This document shows, piece by piece, positions 1 through 12,326 of a stretch of DNA of 64,000 bases. Below the pieces are notes generated by a model, which ran no database searches, was not told the origin of the DNA, and worked only from the letters and a program-made list of their open reading frames with translations. The stretch covers positions 620,001 to 684,000 of the forward strand of contig CM114271.1 of the NCBI GenBank assembly GCA_050084515.1. Direction: 5' to 3'. Numbering within the stretch: position 1 is the first letter of the stretch; every line of letters begins with the position of its first letter. The position numbers and the translations under genes are program-made. The DNA comes from Blasia pusilla (lineage: Eukaryota).

Positions 1-50
1 TAGAGCTGAAGATTTCTTATTAATCAAACCCTAGCACAGAAGGAATTTAC

Positions 51-3000
51 CTTGCAACCTGATAATATCTGTCAAATCCTGAGACCATGAGCATTTGCTT
101 GAAAAGCTGTGGACTTTGAGGAAGAGCATAAAAATGTCCTACCTGCACAGACAAGAGAAACCTTTAGAAGGGATTACTCTAAGCGGCAATCAAGTTGCAC
201 ACACAATATATAGGGAAAATACGAGAAAATTCAGGTAAATAGCATGCCCACCTGACAAGTACTACTGGAAGAGGATAATTAGCTTAGTACTCAATATAGT
301 TTGCCCAGGTCATCCAGGCCTACTTGAATATGTGGTAGAACCTTGCAGAGATTCTGAGAAGCTACTTGGGTCCTTTTGACTCATGGAGGTAGTTGGATTC
401 ATCCATAACAGTGGGCTTGTTGGAGTTTCAATTTGGATCCTAGCATAGAAAGAAAAAGTTGACAGCAAACAAAGAGCTAAAAGCAAGCAATGTAGAAAAT
501 GTTGAAATTTGTTAATATCTAGTTCAGTCATGCCCTAAAATTAGTTTGTCAAATACTAACTTAGTTGGATACTAATTTAGTTAGCTGGAGATAACTTAGT
601 GTTCCTCTATCTTTTCAGGGTAACCTCGAATTAGGGCTATTCCTGAGTTAGCACTAGCCACCATCAGATATTTAGGGTATGGATCTGTTCAAGAAGATCT
701 AAGGGCCAGAAATGCTCACTCTCATGTGTATATTGTCTCTGCTTAGAGTCAGAAGGTAATTCTACACTGTGCACAGCTTTTGGTGAAGACTCCTAGGCTC
801 TTAGTGTGTCGTGCAGCACTGGCCTTGCTGCAGAGTGATTTGAATGAAGGAAGAGGAGATTGAGACTAAGTTCTGTGCTTGCTACAGCCTCACTGGAAGG
901 CAGGTCGTTTTGTCTAGTAAGCTGATGGAGATTGTTTGTGCTCAGTGATGTGAGCCGAGTGTGATCTCTGAGCTGGTGACATGTGAGGATCTGTGTTGTG
1001 AGTGCAAGGTGTGACTATGCAGAATCCTTCTTAGTATCTGTTAGATAATAAGGAGAGTCACATCACTGGTAGGGCTCTGATTTGGCAATAGAGTTAGAAA
1101 CTGATTTGCTGATTGTGTACAAGCTGAAACCATGGATGGTTTAGCTGATGCTAGTTCTGACTTTGTACAAGGAGATACTTCTGCTGGTCAATCCTTTTCA
1201 CAGAAAATACCTGCACTCTAGATGGAACCAGGTAATCTCGAGCACCTTCAGGGGTTGATCTCGTTAAAATTGGAGTTTCAATCTGGAGTACATGCCATCA
1301 TACACTGTTAGAGTGGGTGTAATATGCCTTCAGCCACCGATCAGTGGAAAAATCTCAGGACAAAGAAGAGTGGCTTACAAAAAACAATGATACTGAAAGG
1401 AACCAAAAATTCCATGCATGGGTTAAAAGTAAGATTTAGTATTGGAAGTCAATCTCATGTAGGAGTTACCTCAACAAAATCAAGGGCATCTTCCAAATAT
1501 CTTCGAATAAGTTTTATGATATTATGGCGAAGCCTCAAGTTATGATTCATCTGTGGACGCCGCAGATCCAGATGTCGGTACCTACCAACACAATCATCTA
1601 CATATCCCCCTCATGCATCTTTCCACTTGCAAATCACCAAAAACATAATTGAAAAATAAGAGTTCAAGAAAGTCCCATTGAATGTCTAAGAAAGTGATAA
1701 TTGGTGGAATGGAAAAATATGAGGAAAAGTTTGAGATAATGTTAAGCACATTGAACCTCCCTGTACAAGCTAGTCACCTCAATATAGCTGTGTGATGCCA
1801 ACGGACAGTGCAAGACCAAGAGGCATATGGATGTTAAAGGTTGGAGTGGAGTATCTCACCTTAGGCGAACCTCTTCAGTTGTTGCAATTTTTGCATCATC
1901 AGCTGCAGTGATAGGAAATGGTAGAGCCACCCGAACAGGATTGAGCAACTTGATATTTTCAGCTAGTACCTGCCAGAATGATCCCAGTGTGATAGTAGTG
2001 TCTGAGTTTAGCAGCACACTAGGATCTCAACAGTATAATCAAGTTTATGAGAAAACCACTCAACACTCATCAATTGCCATGAGAGGGAAGTGGGTAGACT
2101 TTAGACTCCACATAAGGAAAAGAAGGACTACCTTTAGCCGAATTGATTTTGTTCAAAGGGGAGATTTTACCTCTATGGTTCCTGTGGCCATTTTCTCATT
2201 GATGACTTCCTTTGGTCGACATCTAATTGTTCCTTCGATGGCCACTACATACTCCATGCGAACCCTCTCTGCAGCTGCATGTGCCTCCGTGAAGTTTGCT
2301 GGATCTGTTGCTACCTATTGAATTCCACACAATGTGCTGCAGCCTCAGTATTGTTGGAAATATCATATAATTACACTTGGGACCCAGGAGCTGCATTCAA
2401 CCTTGCAGGCTATAATGGCCATGGCCCTGCACTAAAGATCAATAGAATGCACACAAGAATGTCTCACGTAATAATCTCACAACACTCTCTAGGCCACTTT
2501 GAGGTGCCCCATTCGAATGTGCTCGACAAACCTCTCTAATCTTTGGTATCCATGAGCTACTCCATAGACTATACCTTTCCGCCACTCCCGTAAGAAATCA
2601 ATCAGTGAACATAAAATGAATACAATATTACGGACTCATCATATTCCACACAGATAGATTCATCCTACTTCCAGTGGCTTCGGAACACATTTTCCACCCC
2701 AACCATGAGGTACTAGGTCCCTCCCAAACCCGATCCTCATCCCAGACACGATTCCACAAAAAGTTATCCACTCCGCAAGAAAAATTGAGCAGCTTTCTCC
2801 ACCTTCTCCCGAACCCTACCTAAACCCTGGAGCACATAGAGGACAGGACCAAAGAAGCTCGATATCCAGGGCTGTTCGTGAACGATGCCGGTATCCCGCG
2901 TTTTCGAAACGCATATCAGAGGGCGGAATTCACCCCATTCATGAATATTAACCGACTCCCGAACCCTGATCCTCATTCGGAAACAGATTACCCGCTCCGC

Positions 3001-3495
3001 ATGAAAAATTGCGCTGCTCTTTCCCACGTTCTCCTGAACCCTACCTAAACCCAGAACCGCATAAAGGAGAAGGGCACAGAAGCTCAAAGTCGAGAGGTTA
3101 ACCTGAACGATACCGGTGTGGTCGCGGAGATTGACGAAAGTCACCTTCCCGTGGCGCCTTTGGGATGCTACCCACCCACATATGCGAACCCGCTCTCCTT
3201 CATTCGCTTCCGTGAGGGTGCCACAGGAGTGAGTACGGTTCACCCATTCCAGGCGCTCGGCGAGAGGAAGCGCATTGGAAGAAGCCTGAGGTTTGGCAGG
3301 AGGTAAAGACACGCAGTTCAACACCGGCAATCTCTGCAAATGGCTTCCCTTACCGCCTCTGGAGTTGTATCTTCTCTCTCTGCCACTCCAATTACCTCTC
3401 TTCAACAGCCGCTGCAATGCATTTTGGCTACTGCACAGCATTACCACCGGTGCTGCACGCAATTGCACCCACGGCACGACCCACCTTGTGGCCAT
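51..3495 (-). CDS. aspS: Aspartate-tRNA ligase, chloroplast/mitochondrial (bacterial type); first six exons, gene continues off the left edge
   Basis: Exons with GT-AG borders: 3495-3103 (transit peptide, then RTHSCGTL...[26 protein letters not shown]), 2314-2171 ([25 protein letters not shown]), 1969-1860 (LPFPI...EEVRLR), 1581-1470 ([11 protein letters not shown]...DFVE), 1282-1211 ([24 protein letters not shown]), 142-51 ([28 protein letters not shown]). Phases join in frame. Confidence 0.96.
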
Positions 3496-4139
3496 CGCGA
3501 AACCCAGATCTCCAAACGCCTCTGTCGATCACAGTGCAATCCTAATAACTCCCCCGATGCGCATTCTGCCTACCTCCACTCACTCACTCACTGCCACAGT
3601 AGCACTTAACGCCCCTCCTCCAATCCCGCCACACTCAATTCGTTACACCTGCGAAACTGAAGACGATCTACTCCTACTCCTCCTGCACTATTCGCCACAA
3701 GGCTCAATTCGTTACAGATGAGAAACGGAAGATCAACCACTCCTCCTCTCCTCTTCGACGCGACGCTCAATTTCCTCCAATCGCGCCACAATCAATCCGC
3801 TTCAGATGAGTCGCGCGAGATGATCCACTCTTCCTCTTCTCTCTACTTCGCTTCGACACGGCACTCCATTTTTCGCGCTGACCTTTCTACTGCTGTCTGC
3901 TCTTCTTCTCTCTTACGCGCAACGACAGCGGTCAGAGGAGCGAAGGTACAGCTATGGCGGTGGGATTCGGTCCCGCAGGCGATGATCCGTAGCTCTTTCT
4001 TCTTCCGCTCAGCCTCATCCACCTCCTATCCGCTTTCTCTCTGCTTCATTCCTTGCGCTTGTTCCATGTCACGGTCCCACCCTATCTCTCGGCGTCACTA
4101 CCTCTTAGTTTGCTCACTCTCCTTAAACTAACTGCGGAG

Positions 4140-4689
4140 GAAATTCAAAATGTTTTTTTGTATGAAATATTTTTTTTTCATGTGAAAACTCGGAATTTTT
4201 TATTTTTTTTCACATGTTAAGTAGAGAGGTGTTTGTAAATCAATAAATCATTCTCCCGTAATAATATAGATAAGGTGCTCGTATGATGCACGTGAAATAA
4301 AAAAAATGTTTGAAGAGCTAATGTATGGGTTATGAAGGGAAGAGATTAATGATATTGCACATAAATTCAAATTTTTTTCTGTCATAGCATGTGAAACATT
4401 TTCTTACTGCCTCATTGCCACGTGTCAAGCATAAAGGTGTTTGCAAATCAAGAAGACACTCTCCCATAGTAATATAGATAAAGTGCCTGTGCGATGCACG
4501 CGAAATAAAAAAGTGTTTGAAGAGCTAGTGTATGCCCCGTGAAAGGAAGAGATTAACGATGTTGCACATAAATTCAAATTTTTTCTTGCTACCCGTAGCA
4601 TGTGAAACATTTTCTTGCTGCCCACTTGCCACGTGTCAAACATAGAGGTGTTTGCAAATCAAGAAAGCGCTCTCCCATAATAATATAGA
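4140..4689 (-). mobile_element. Tandem array of about three copies (~210 bp unit) of a non-autonomous Helitron
   Basis: Units end on the + strand in ...TAATATAGA at ~4270, ~4478 and ~4689 (5'-TCTATATTA on minus). They align with the complete mini-Helitron at 28661-28826, including CTAG at ~4526. Confidence 0.7.
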
Positions 4690-6229
4690 TAAAAAATTTA
4701 TATTTTAAGATCTGTGCTAGTCGGTTGTGTGAGAGTGATTCCATCTTAAGGGGTGTTGTGGCACAAATAAAATATGTTATTTAGAAAATTAGATTATATT
4801 TTGGGTCGTAAATATTCACTTTCCTTGCCGATTTCTCTTCGCATGACCCCCACTTAATATGAGCAAAATTATTTTTGAAAAAAAATTAATGACACGTTTC
4901 AAATCGAGTAATGGTTGAAAAACTGCAACCTCATATTAGTAGGTAGATTTAACATCTCCTAAGCACCTTGTTAAGCTATTATTTTTGAACTATCATTTTT
5001 TCTCTCTATCCAAACAAAATTCATTTTATTTTATTATAGAAATGAATTTCAAAAGAGAGAACAAAATGTCAAGAAGAAGCATTCCCAAGAAGGGAAGGAG
5101 GTAAGAAGCACAAGAAGGAGATGACAACAAGCAAACCAAAAAAATTCAACAACCTATGGTATTAATAACTTGAAATGAATATGATATCAACATTAGCGGT
5201 TGGTTAAACATGAATGGATGATAAGATGAGTGACCCCAACGACTTCGGCTTGATGTATAAATGCCAATCCTTGTTTAATGTTACTAAAATTTATTGCCAA
5301 AAAGAAATAATGACAACGGAGAGGGAAGGACTAAAGGAAGGGGCGAGTTGATTATTCTCGAGGGAGTAAGCATACGCATTCAGGACAGTATCAAAAAACA
5401 CATGTAAATGCCCAAAAACTTCCACTATAAAAACAAGAAATCCATTAATCGCATGTCACACCGTATAACTAGCTCTTTAATTCTTGCTTTTGCCGAACCT
5501 TGAGTATGTGCAACTAAACACACCAAGTTATAACATGTTGGATCAACATCTATAACACTATCTATCTATTTTCATGTGTGATTCAAAAGTCTGTTTGATT
5601 TTTATCCATATTATTATTAGAGAGTGACTTCTTGATTCGCAAGCACTTATCTTCTTGACACATAGCAAGAGGGCAACGAGAAAATATTTCTCATACTATA
5701 GACAACAAGGAAATATTTTGGGGATAGCAAGATGTTTTTTGGAATTTGTATGTAATATTATTAATCTGGTTCAAACATGGGTTATACACTAGTTTTAACA
5801 TAAGAAAGTGTTATTTTATCTCCTTGATTTCTTCTATCATATATCCACCAAATTCATTCTTAGTTTCTAAAACTTTTGTATTTCTACTCTCTCAAAGAAA
5901 AAGGAGAGGATGGGTCTATTTTCTCATTTTACCCTCCTTCCCTCTCAATGGCTATCTCATTTCCCCATAAAAGGATAGGGAGGAAGATAAGATGGGCTCA
6001 TTCCCATTGTCTTTGAAATTGATAAAGAGTGATGGAGATTCCTTGAATCTTTAGAGAAGGCCCATTGATCTCTATCTCTCCATAAAGATTGAGGGATCTC
6101 CTCCAACTCTCTATCTCCCTCATAGAACTTTCTCCTTCACTCTACCACAATACTAAAGTTTGATTTCGTCCCTCTCCCAACCACTAATCACTTTCCCACC
6201 TTTGTTACTACCTCAGCCTGTGCATTGAA

Positions 6230-6790
6230 GCCATGCTCTCATGGAGCTCGGCACTTTATCCTCTCCTCTCACTCTATGTCCATACTATTCTCTCACCTCT
6301 CATGTAGCTATGCACTCAACCCTCTCCTCTCCTTCAACCTCCAAATTCAATCGTCTCCTCTACCGCAACCTATGCATTCAACACTCTCCTCTCACAATCC
6401 TCTGCTCCTCACTTAATCCCCTCCTCTCTCACTTCCTCATCCTCCACACTCAACCCTAAGCCCTCTCCCGCGTCCTCTCCTCTCTTGTAGCATGTGCCAC
6501 AATCTCTCCTCTCCTGCAACCTACATACTCAACACTCTATTCTCTTCAACCTTTGCTCCATACTCAACCCTCTCCTCTCTCGCTTCCTCCAGATTCAATC
6601 CTCTCCTCTCCTGCAACCTCCACACTCCATACTCAACCCTCCAACCTTTCACGCAAGCTCTTCTCTCCCACGACCTTCGCAACCAATAGTTGGGTCTTTA
6701 GCATCTGTACCCAACCCTCTCTTCTCCTGCAGCCTCCGGTTTCCATCTCCCATGTAGGCTACGCAATCTCCTCTCCTACATTCTACCCTA
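6230..6790. repeat. Degenerate C/T-rich tandem repeat (ctcaaccctctcctctc...gcaacctc)
   Basis: Short motif recurs many times with drift; probably internal to a transposon. Confidence 0.7.
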
Positions 6791-9161
6791 ATATCTATCG
6801 GTTACGTTCAACTTAGGGCTTTTGGCTCAAATTTTTCCCCTCCAAAAATCCCGACCCTAAACATAAGGCCTCATGTACCCAAACTTCATCCCTTAACAAT
6901 TATTTCTCCTAGACGGCCCTTGAAGCCGTTCAAACCCTAATTTTTCCATAAGAAAAAGAAAATTCCCTTTTTTGTTCATGCCAAACTCTCTTTGCTAGGA
7001 GATATTGAGAATATCATAATGTAGAGTCCTAATTTAGAGATGATGAACAGTCTTACTAGAATGGTGTCGAGGATGTTGATGTTGAAGGTTCAAGAAACGT
7101 AGGTGATATCATGTCATGGTTTGTAGGGGAGATCATGATAAATAATAATATATATTAACATTCTTTATTTGGTTTGTAATATTTTTCTCAGTATATAGAT
7201 GATGGATGGGCATGAAACTTCATCGATATATAATGGAAGTCAAGAACCACTTGGAGATATTGCAAACACACTTTATGTGCCCAGTATTGCAAGACATACA
7301 CCTACCACCATATGTCCCTGTCTCACTTATTTTTTTCTTTACATATGGACTTGGAGATTGCATTTTGTGAAAATGATATTCTCAATATTTGATTTTGTTA
7401 CATCCTCATAAACATTCAAGGTGGTATTATATCTATAGGCTTCCTATTTGAAAGGCCGTTCACAGTGAGGTGCAAAGAAGAAGACGTGCACAAGAAGTTA
7501 GAGTTGTTCCATAAAATTTTCCATCTCCCACGTATGTTCTCTTATTCATAACTATTTGATTCAAATAACCATAAGTTGTTTGGATGAGTAAATATTACTT
7601 TTATGTATCTATATCTCTTAAAATAATATGCTCAATATATTATATATTTTGGTAAATCTTCATGAACATTCAAGTTGGTATTATATCCATAGGCTACCTA
7701 CTCCATCAAACCCTCAAAATATATGAGATATTCGAAAGATCCTTCATGGTGAGGCGCAAAAAAGAAGATGGGTAGTTCCGGAAAGCTTTCCATCTCTCAA
7801 ATGTGTTCTCTTACCTCTTTGATTCAAAAACCCATAAGTTGTTTGTATGAGTAAAATATTACTAACATTTATATTTTTAGTGTATTTGATGTTGTTTTTA
7901 GGCTTTCGATACCGTCAAACTCTATTGATATTCGAGAGGTTCGAAAGGCACAATGTGGAGCGCAAAGATGTAAACCTACTCTTCGTGTTAAGACATTAGC
8001 TCTTAATAAAAAAGATCAAGGGAATACTAAAGGAAACAAAAGGCTACTGGACATTTTATCTCCACTGTAGGCCTAGATGGCAATATGCAAAATGAAGAGC
8101 CCATTCAAGATGGCATTAGGTGTTTTTGGCCAAAAGTATTATTTTTATAATTCTTAAGTTTATGTTTTGAAAATGAACCTAAATATTGGTTTTTTTCACA
8201 AGCCAATTTATGGAAATGATATTATGTGCATTCACGATGTCTCAATTCCACATGCATCTCCACGTCATCCAATATAATATGAAGGAATTGTTGTAATTGA
8301 TGTTCAAAATAATATTGCACACATAATACGTGTAAAAGATTGTGTTGCTGCAATTACGAAGGAGTAAGCACCAAATTTGCATGCGTATGCATATAGGGAG
8401 CCTCAAGATGGAATTTTTTTGAAAAATGCATGAAACCTATATTTTAAAGATAGTGACATGAAGAATCTAGGCATGTGAGGAAGTATTAGTGACACAAGTG
8501 GGGGATCATACACAAGCTGCGATACCAACTTGAATGCAGTGGCACTCGAAAGTGAGTGATGGGAGAGGGAAGGCAACGAAAGCAAGCCATGTGTGGGAGA
8601 GAGAAGCAATGGTTTGAGAGCCATAGCAGAAAGGAGGTAGGTAGAATATATTGGTGGGAGTGTGGAGGGAGAGGTGGTGGGAGAAGTGTGCAAAATTTCT
8701 TTGAGTGCTATGGAAGAAAGTCACTCCAACCCAGACCTTGCCCAAACCAAAAGAGTAGAGGGCTACGGAAGTACACAAAGCTTGAGGGAGAGCATGTTGT
8801 AAGCTTGCTACAAGAGAGAGAAAGGTCTCACATTGAAGGCCGTCGGAGAGAACCAAGGAATAATGTGGGAGGGACTATGCTAAAAATCATGCTCCACGTG
8901 CGCAAGAGGGCCAATCGAATGGCTAAGAGAGGGATTCTTGGCCACTACTCTTCGTGTTCACACATTGGCAGCATGCTCCTTGGTTGATTTGATCCCTTCC
9001 TAATTGTTAGAGCTAGGAGAGAACATTTTTTATCTGAATAGTGCTAGTATGAATTTAGGGGGTTAATGCATCTTTGATTTTAGTAGAGAAAGTGGGAGGA
9101 AGAACTCGAAGCTCTCAAAATTTTGATTCAAAAAGGATTGGGGTCAAGGGATAGGCCATGA

Positions 9162-9281
<120 letters not shown>

Positions 9282-10539
9282 TATCCATTGTTATACACAT
9301 TTTGTGGTCTTGGTTAGCAATTAGAAAAGGTGAGCATATAGAGTAGGAGTATGACTTTCAAGGACCCTCTCATAATCAACATAGGGTAGAGTCAAATAAA
9401 TAGTCAATGTAGAACGAAAATTGTAGGTAGTCAAGATAGTCACAGGTCAAACTTACCTCATCTGAGCTCTTATAAGTGCTCATGTGATATATGTGATGTT
9501 CTTCTATAGAATCATCATTTGATAATTCTAGTTCGGTTGTAGTTAAGCACTTCTTTGTCCTCTTTGCTTTGCGCAAACTTCCTTCACCCTTGGAAGGACA
9601 CAAATTAAAAATTTGTATGTATCAAAATCCATGACTTGAGCATTGAATAACTTCATATCCTCCTCATTTAGGAGGAGAATTTATAGCTAGTATCCATCAT
9701 TATCTTCAAAAGACCATGTATTATCATCAATCCTAACACATAAGTTTGAGCTACATTAGGATAACCCCACTTTGACATTCTTCAAAGCAAGATTATTGTA
9801 TGTACTTCCACCTTTGGCAGAGGCTCTAACACTTCTTTTTCTGGCTTCATCGCACTTATTTCCTCCTTATGCATGGCAAAGAGCTTTTCTTTGGGTGATT
9901 TGGCGAAAAGGTTCACGTTGATATCCTTCTCTTTGATTTCTTTGAATTGAGGATTCCCTTGAACTCCAAGAGCCTTCTTCCCTTTTCCCATTATGAACTT
10001 CCTTGCTCTAATTCAAGGGGTCATGGTCTCCTACTTATACCATGGACATGCATACTTAGCAAGCTTAGGTAACACATGGTAGGAATAGGAAGGAGTCTAG
10101 ATTACTATTTACTTTTTGCCATTCAAGCATGAATTGAGCTATATATAGGTATGTAGTTGAGGAAAAAATGCGTCATTTTGGACTGCTTTAAAAGAAGGCT
10201 GCATAAAATGATGTAGTTCAAAACCCAAAAATTAACCGGACATAAATTTTTGCTAGAAATATTTTCTTATTGAAAAAAAAAAAACTTCACATATGTACAT
10301 AAAAGCAAGAAAATAAATTTCAAGTATTTCTCATCTACCTTACTTACATGGATCAAATATTTCTTATCTACCTTTGATATTGGTATTGGTGTACTTGAGG
10401 CACTAGCCTCATTTTATATGTATATGTTATAACTCGTTAAAATTTTCCCTTATTCCTTGGTAATTTTGTCCTCATGTCTGCTTCTAGAGGTAGACTGTAT
10501 ATATGATGGATACGATCAATATATAAAAAGAAGATATGT

Positions 10540-10800
10540 GTTGAGGATTACATGCAAATGGAGGTGGAGATAGCTATGATGGTTACATGGTTGGAGATGA
10601 TTCTTCCTCCCTATTTTATAATGGGACAAAGCCATTGGCTACTCTATTTGAGGAGTTAAATACTTATTGCACGTCCAATACATTACATATGGATGTATTT
10701 TGTAGAGCACTATGTGGGTAGATTGAAGAATTTTGTCTATAACCATTCTCAAGTAGATGATAGTATGGCGGAGGGGTTATTGGTTCTAGAGGATATTCTA
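10540..10800 (+). pseudogene. CACTA/En-Spm transposase remnant (DUF4218-like region)
   Basis: LEMILPP..., then WMYFVEHYVGRLKNFVYNHSQVDDSMAEG resembles the TnpD motif WMYPxERYLxxLKxYVxNxAxPEGSIAEG; frameshifted. Confidence 0.7.
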
Positions 10801-11062
10801 GAAAAAAAAGGTTGGACGGTCATCTTCCCTTCGGAGCACAAATTTAATGAAAGATGTATGATTATGACATCGTGATTCATGAGGGCATATGGAGCATGAA
10901 TGCGCATCACAAAATATCCATTATAAGATGGTCTCATCTACTCACATTCATCTTCATGAACAACTTTTGCATGATTGGATGGTTGAGATGCTACAAAGAG
11001 AATAAAGATTCATGTATGTATGCAAGTTCATAAGCATGATTCACTTGATTCAAGTTGTACAC

Positions 11063-12326
11063 TGTCGTATAGTAAAATCAGCCAGTGTGTAAACTCCTTC
11101 CTCATTAAGTGTTAGATAGAGTTGTATTAGTATTAAATAAATTAGCTTAGGAAAAGGAAATTCCCATGTTTAAACCTCTTTATGGTGCCTCTTTTATGCG
11201 GGCCCAACTTTAGGAAAAGAGATGATTTTATAAAAGTAAAGTAGTGAGGTTGGTGCTTTAATGAAAAGCAAAAGTAGTCTTGGTTGGTGGCTAGGTTAGT
11301 TGGGGTAATTTGGAAAATATCAAGTGGGTAAAAGAGGATATTTTGGAAGAGATAAGAAGAAATCTACTTGTGTCAAAATATGATTGGCTAAGCCTTGAGA
11401 GAAAGCCATGTGGTAGAAAATAAGATTAGCTCTATTTCGTACTCTTGTGGATCCCTTGTGAGTATACAAAGAGGAGGGACCTTCAAGGGTTCATCATCTT
11501 CTATTTTACATCTTGAGTCTCTCGTGTCACTCTTGAGTGTATGGCTTTGGGATTGCTTGCTTTTCCAATGAGAGTGGATCATCCCTCTTGGGAGAGTAAC
11601 TTGACCATGGTCTATTCTTCGAGAGGTTTCTAGAGTGTGGTGTGTGTGTGGAGATGAGAGGCTTGTCACCTTAGAGGAGTTTAGTTATACTAAAATAGTG
11701 AATATTTTGGCTTGTTATTTTCCCAATGAGAGTGGATTATTCTTCTTCGGAGAATAATTCCGCCAAAGCCCATTCTTGAGGAGAGTAGATAATGTTTGTC
11801 AAGCATGGATAGGGGTGGAGCAAGAGTTGTGCTCGACTTTCCTTTCCTCAATCCATACCATGTCAAGGTACTCTTTGTAGATAGGCAGTGGTGTACTCGC
11901 TATTTAGTTTATGACTTTGGAAAGGCGTTCATGAACCAGGTCATGCAATTTCCAACTCCGGTGATTCTTCTTATCGTCACATATGGAAGGACACCGGATT
12001 GTACTTTGTATGTCCTTATATAGCGATCCATGGAAGTCAATAGGCCTGCTCAAGTAGGATTTAACACTAGTTGTGCTATCTTCCTCGTGTACAAGCGTAA
12101 AGTAGTTTATAGGGACTTTATAGTTAGGAATTTCGGGGTCCGATGTTACGAAGAAGTGATCGCCTCATCACTTCCATTTGTGATATCTATCGTGAGATAA
12201 TGAAGAGTAGACATAATAATTTTGTATTGAAAAAGGAGATCTTCTTAGAGAGTTTACCTTGCATCAACCACGTGTGCCGCAACTAGAAGGGTTGCCCTTA
12301 CTCGAAGAAAGGCTCTCGACATGACA
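11063..12326. mobile_element. 1264-bp TGTCGT...ATGACA repeat, copy 1 (solo LTR or non-autonomous element)
   Basis: Nearly identical, same length and orientation as 24667-25930. Flanks are ACAC/ACGT, so no clean TSD here. Confidence 0.85.

Noticed and set aside
310-531. Small ORF containing IETPT, resembling AspRS exon 5
   Set aside because: Only ~12-16 nt match and it lies in intron 5; the real exon is 1282-1211.
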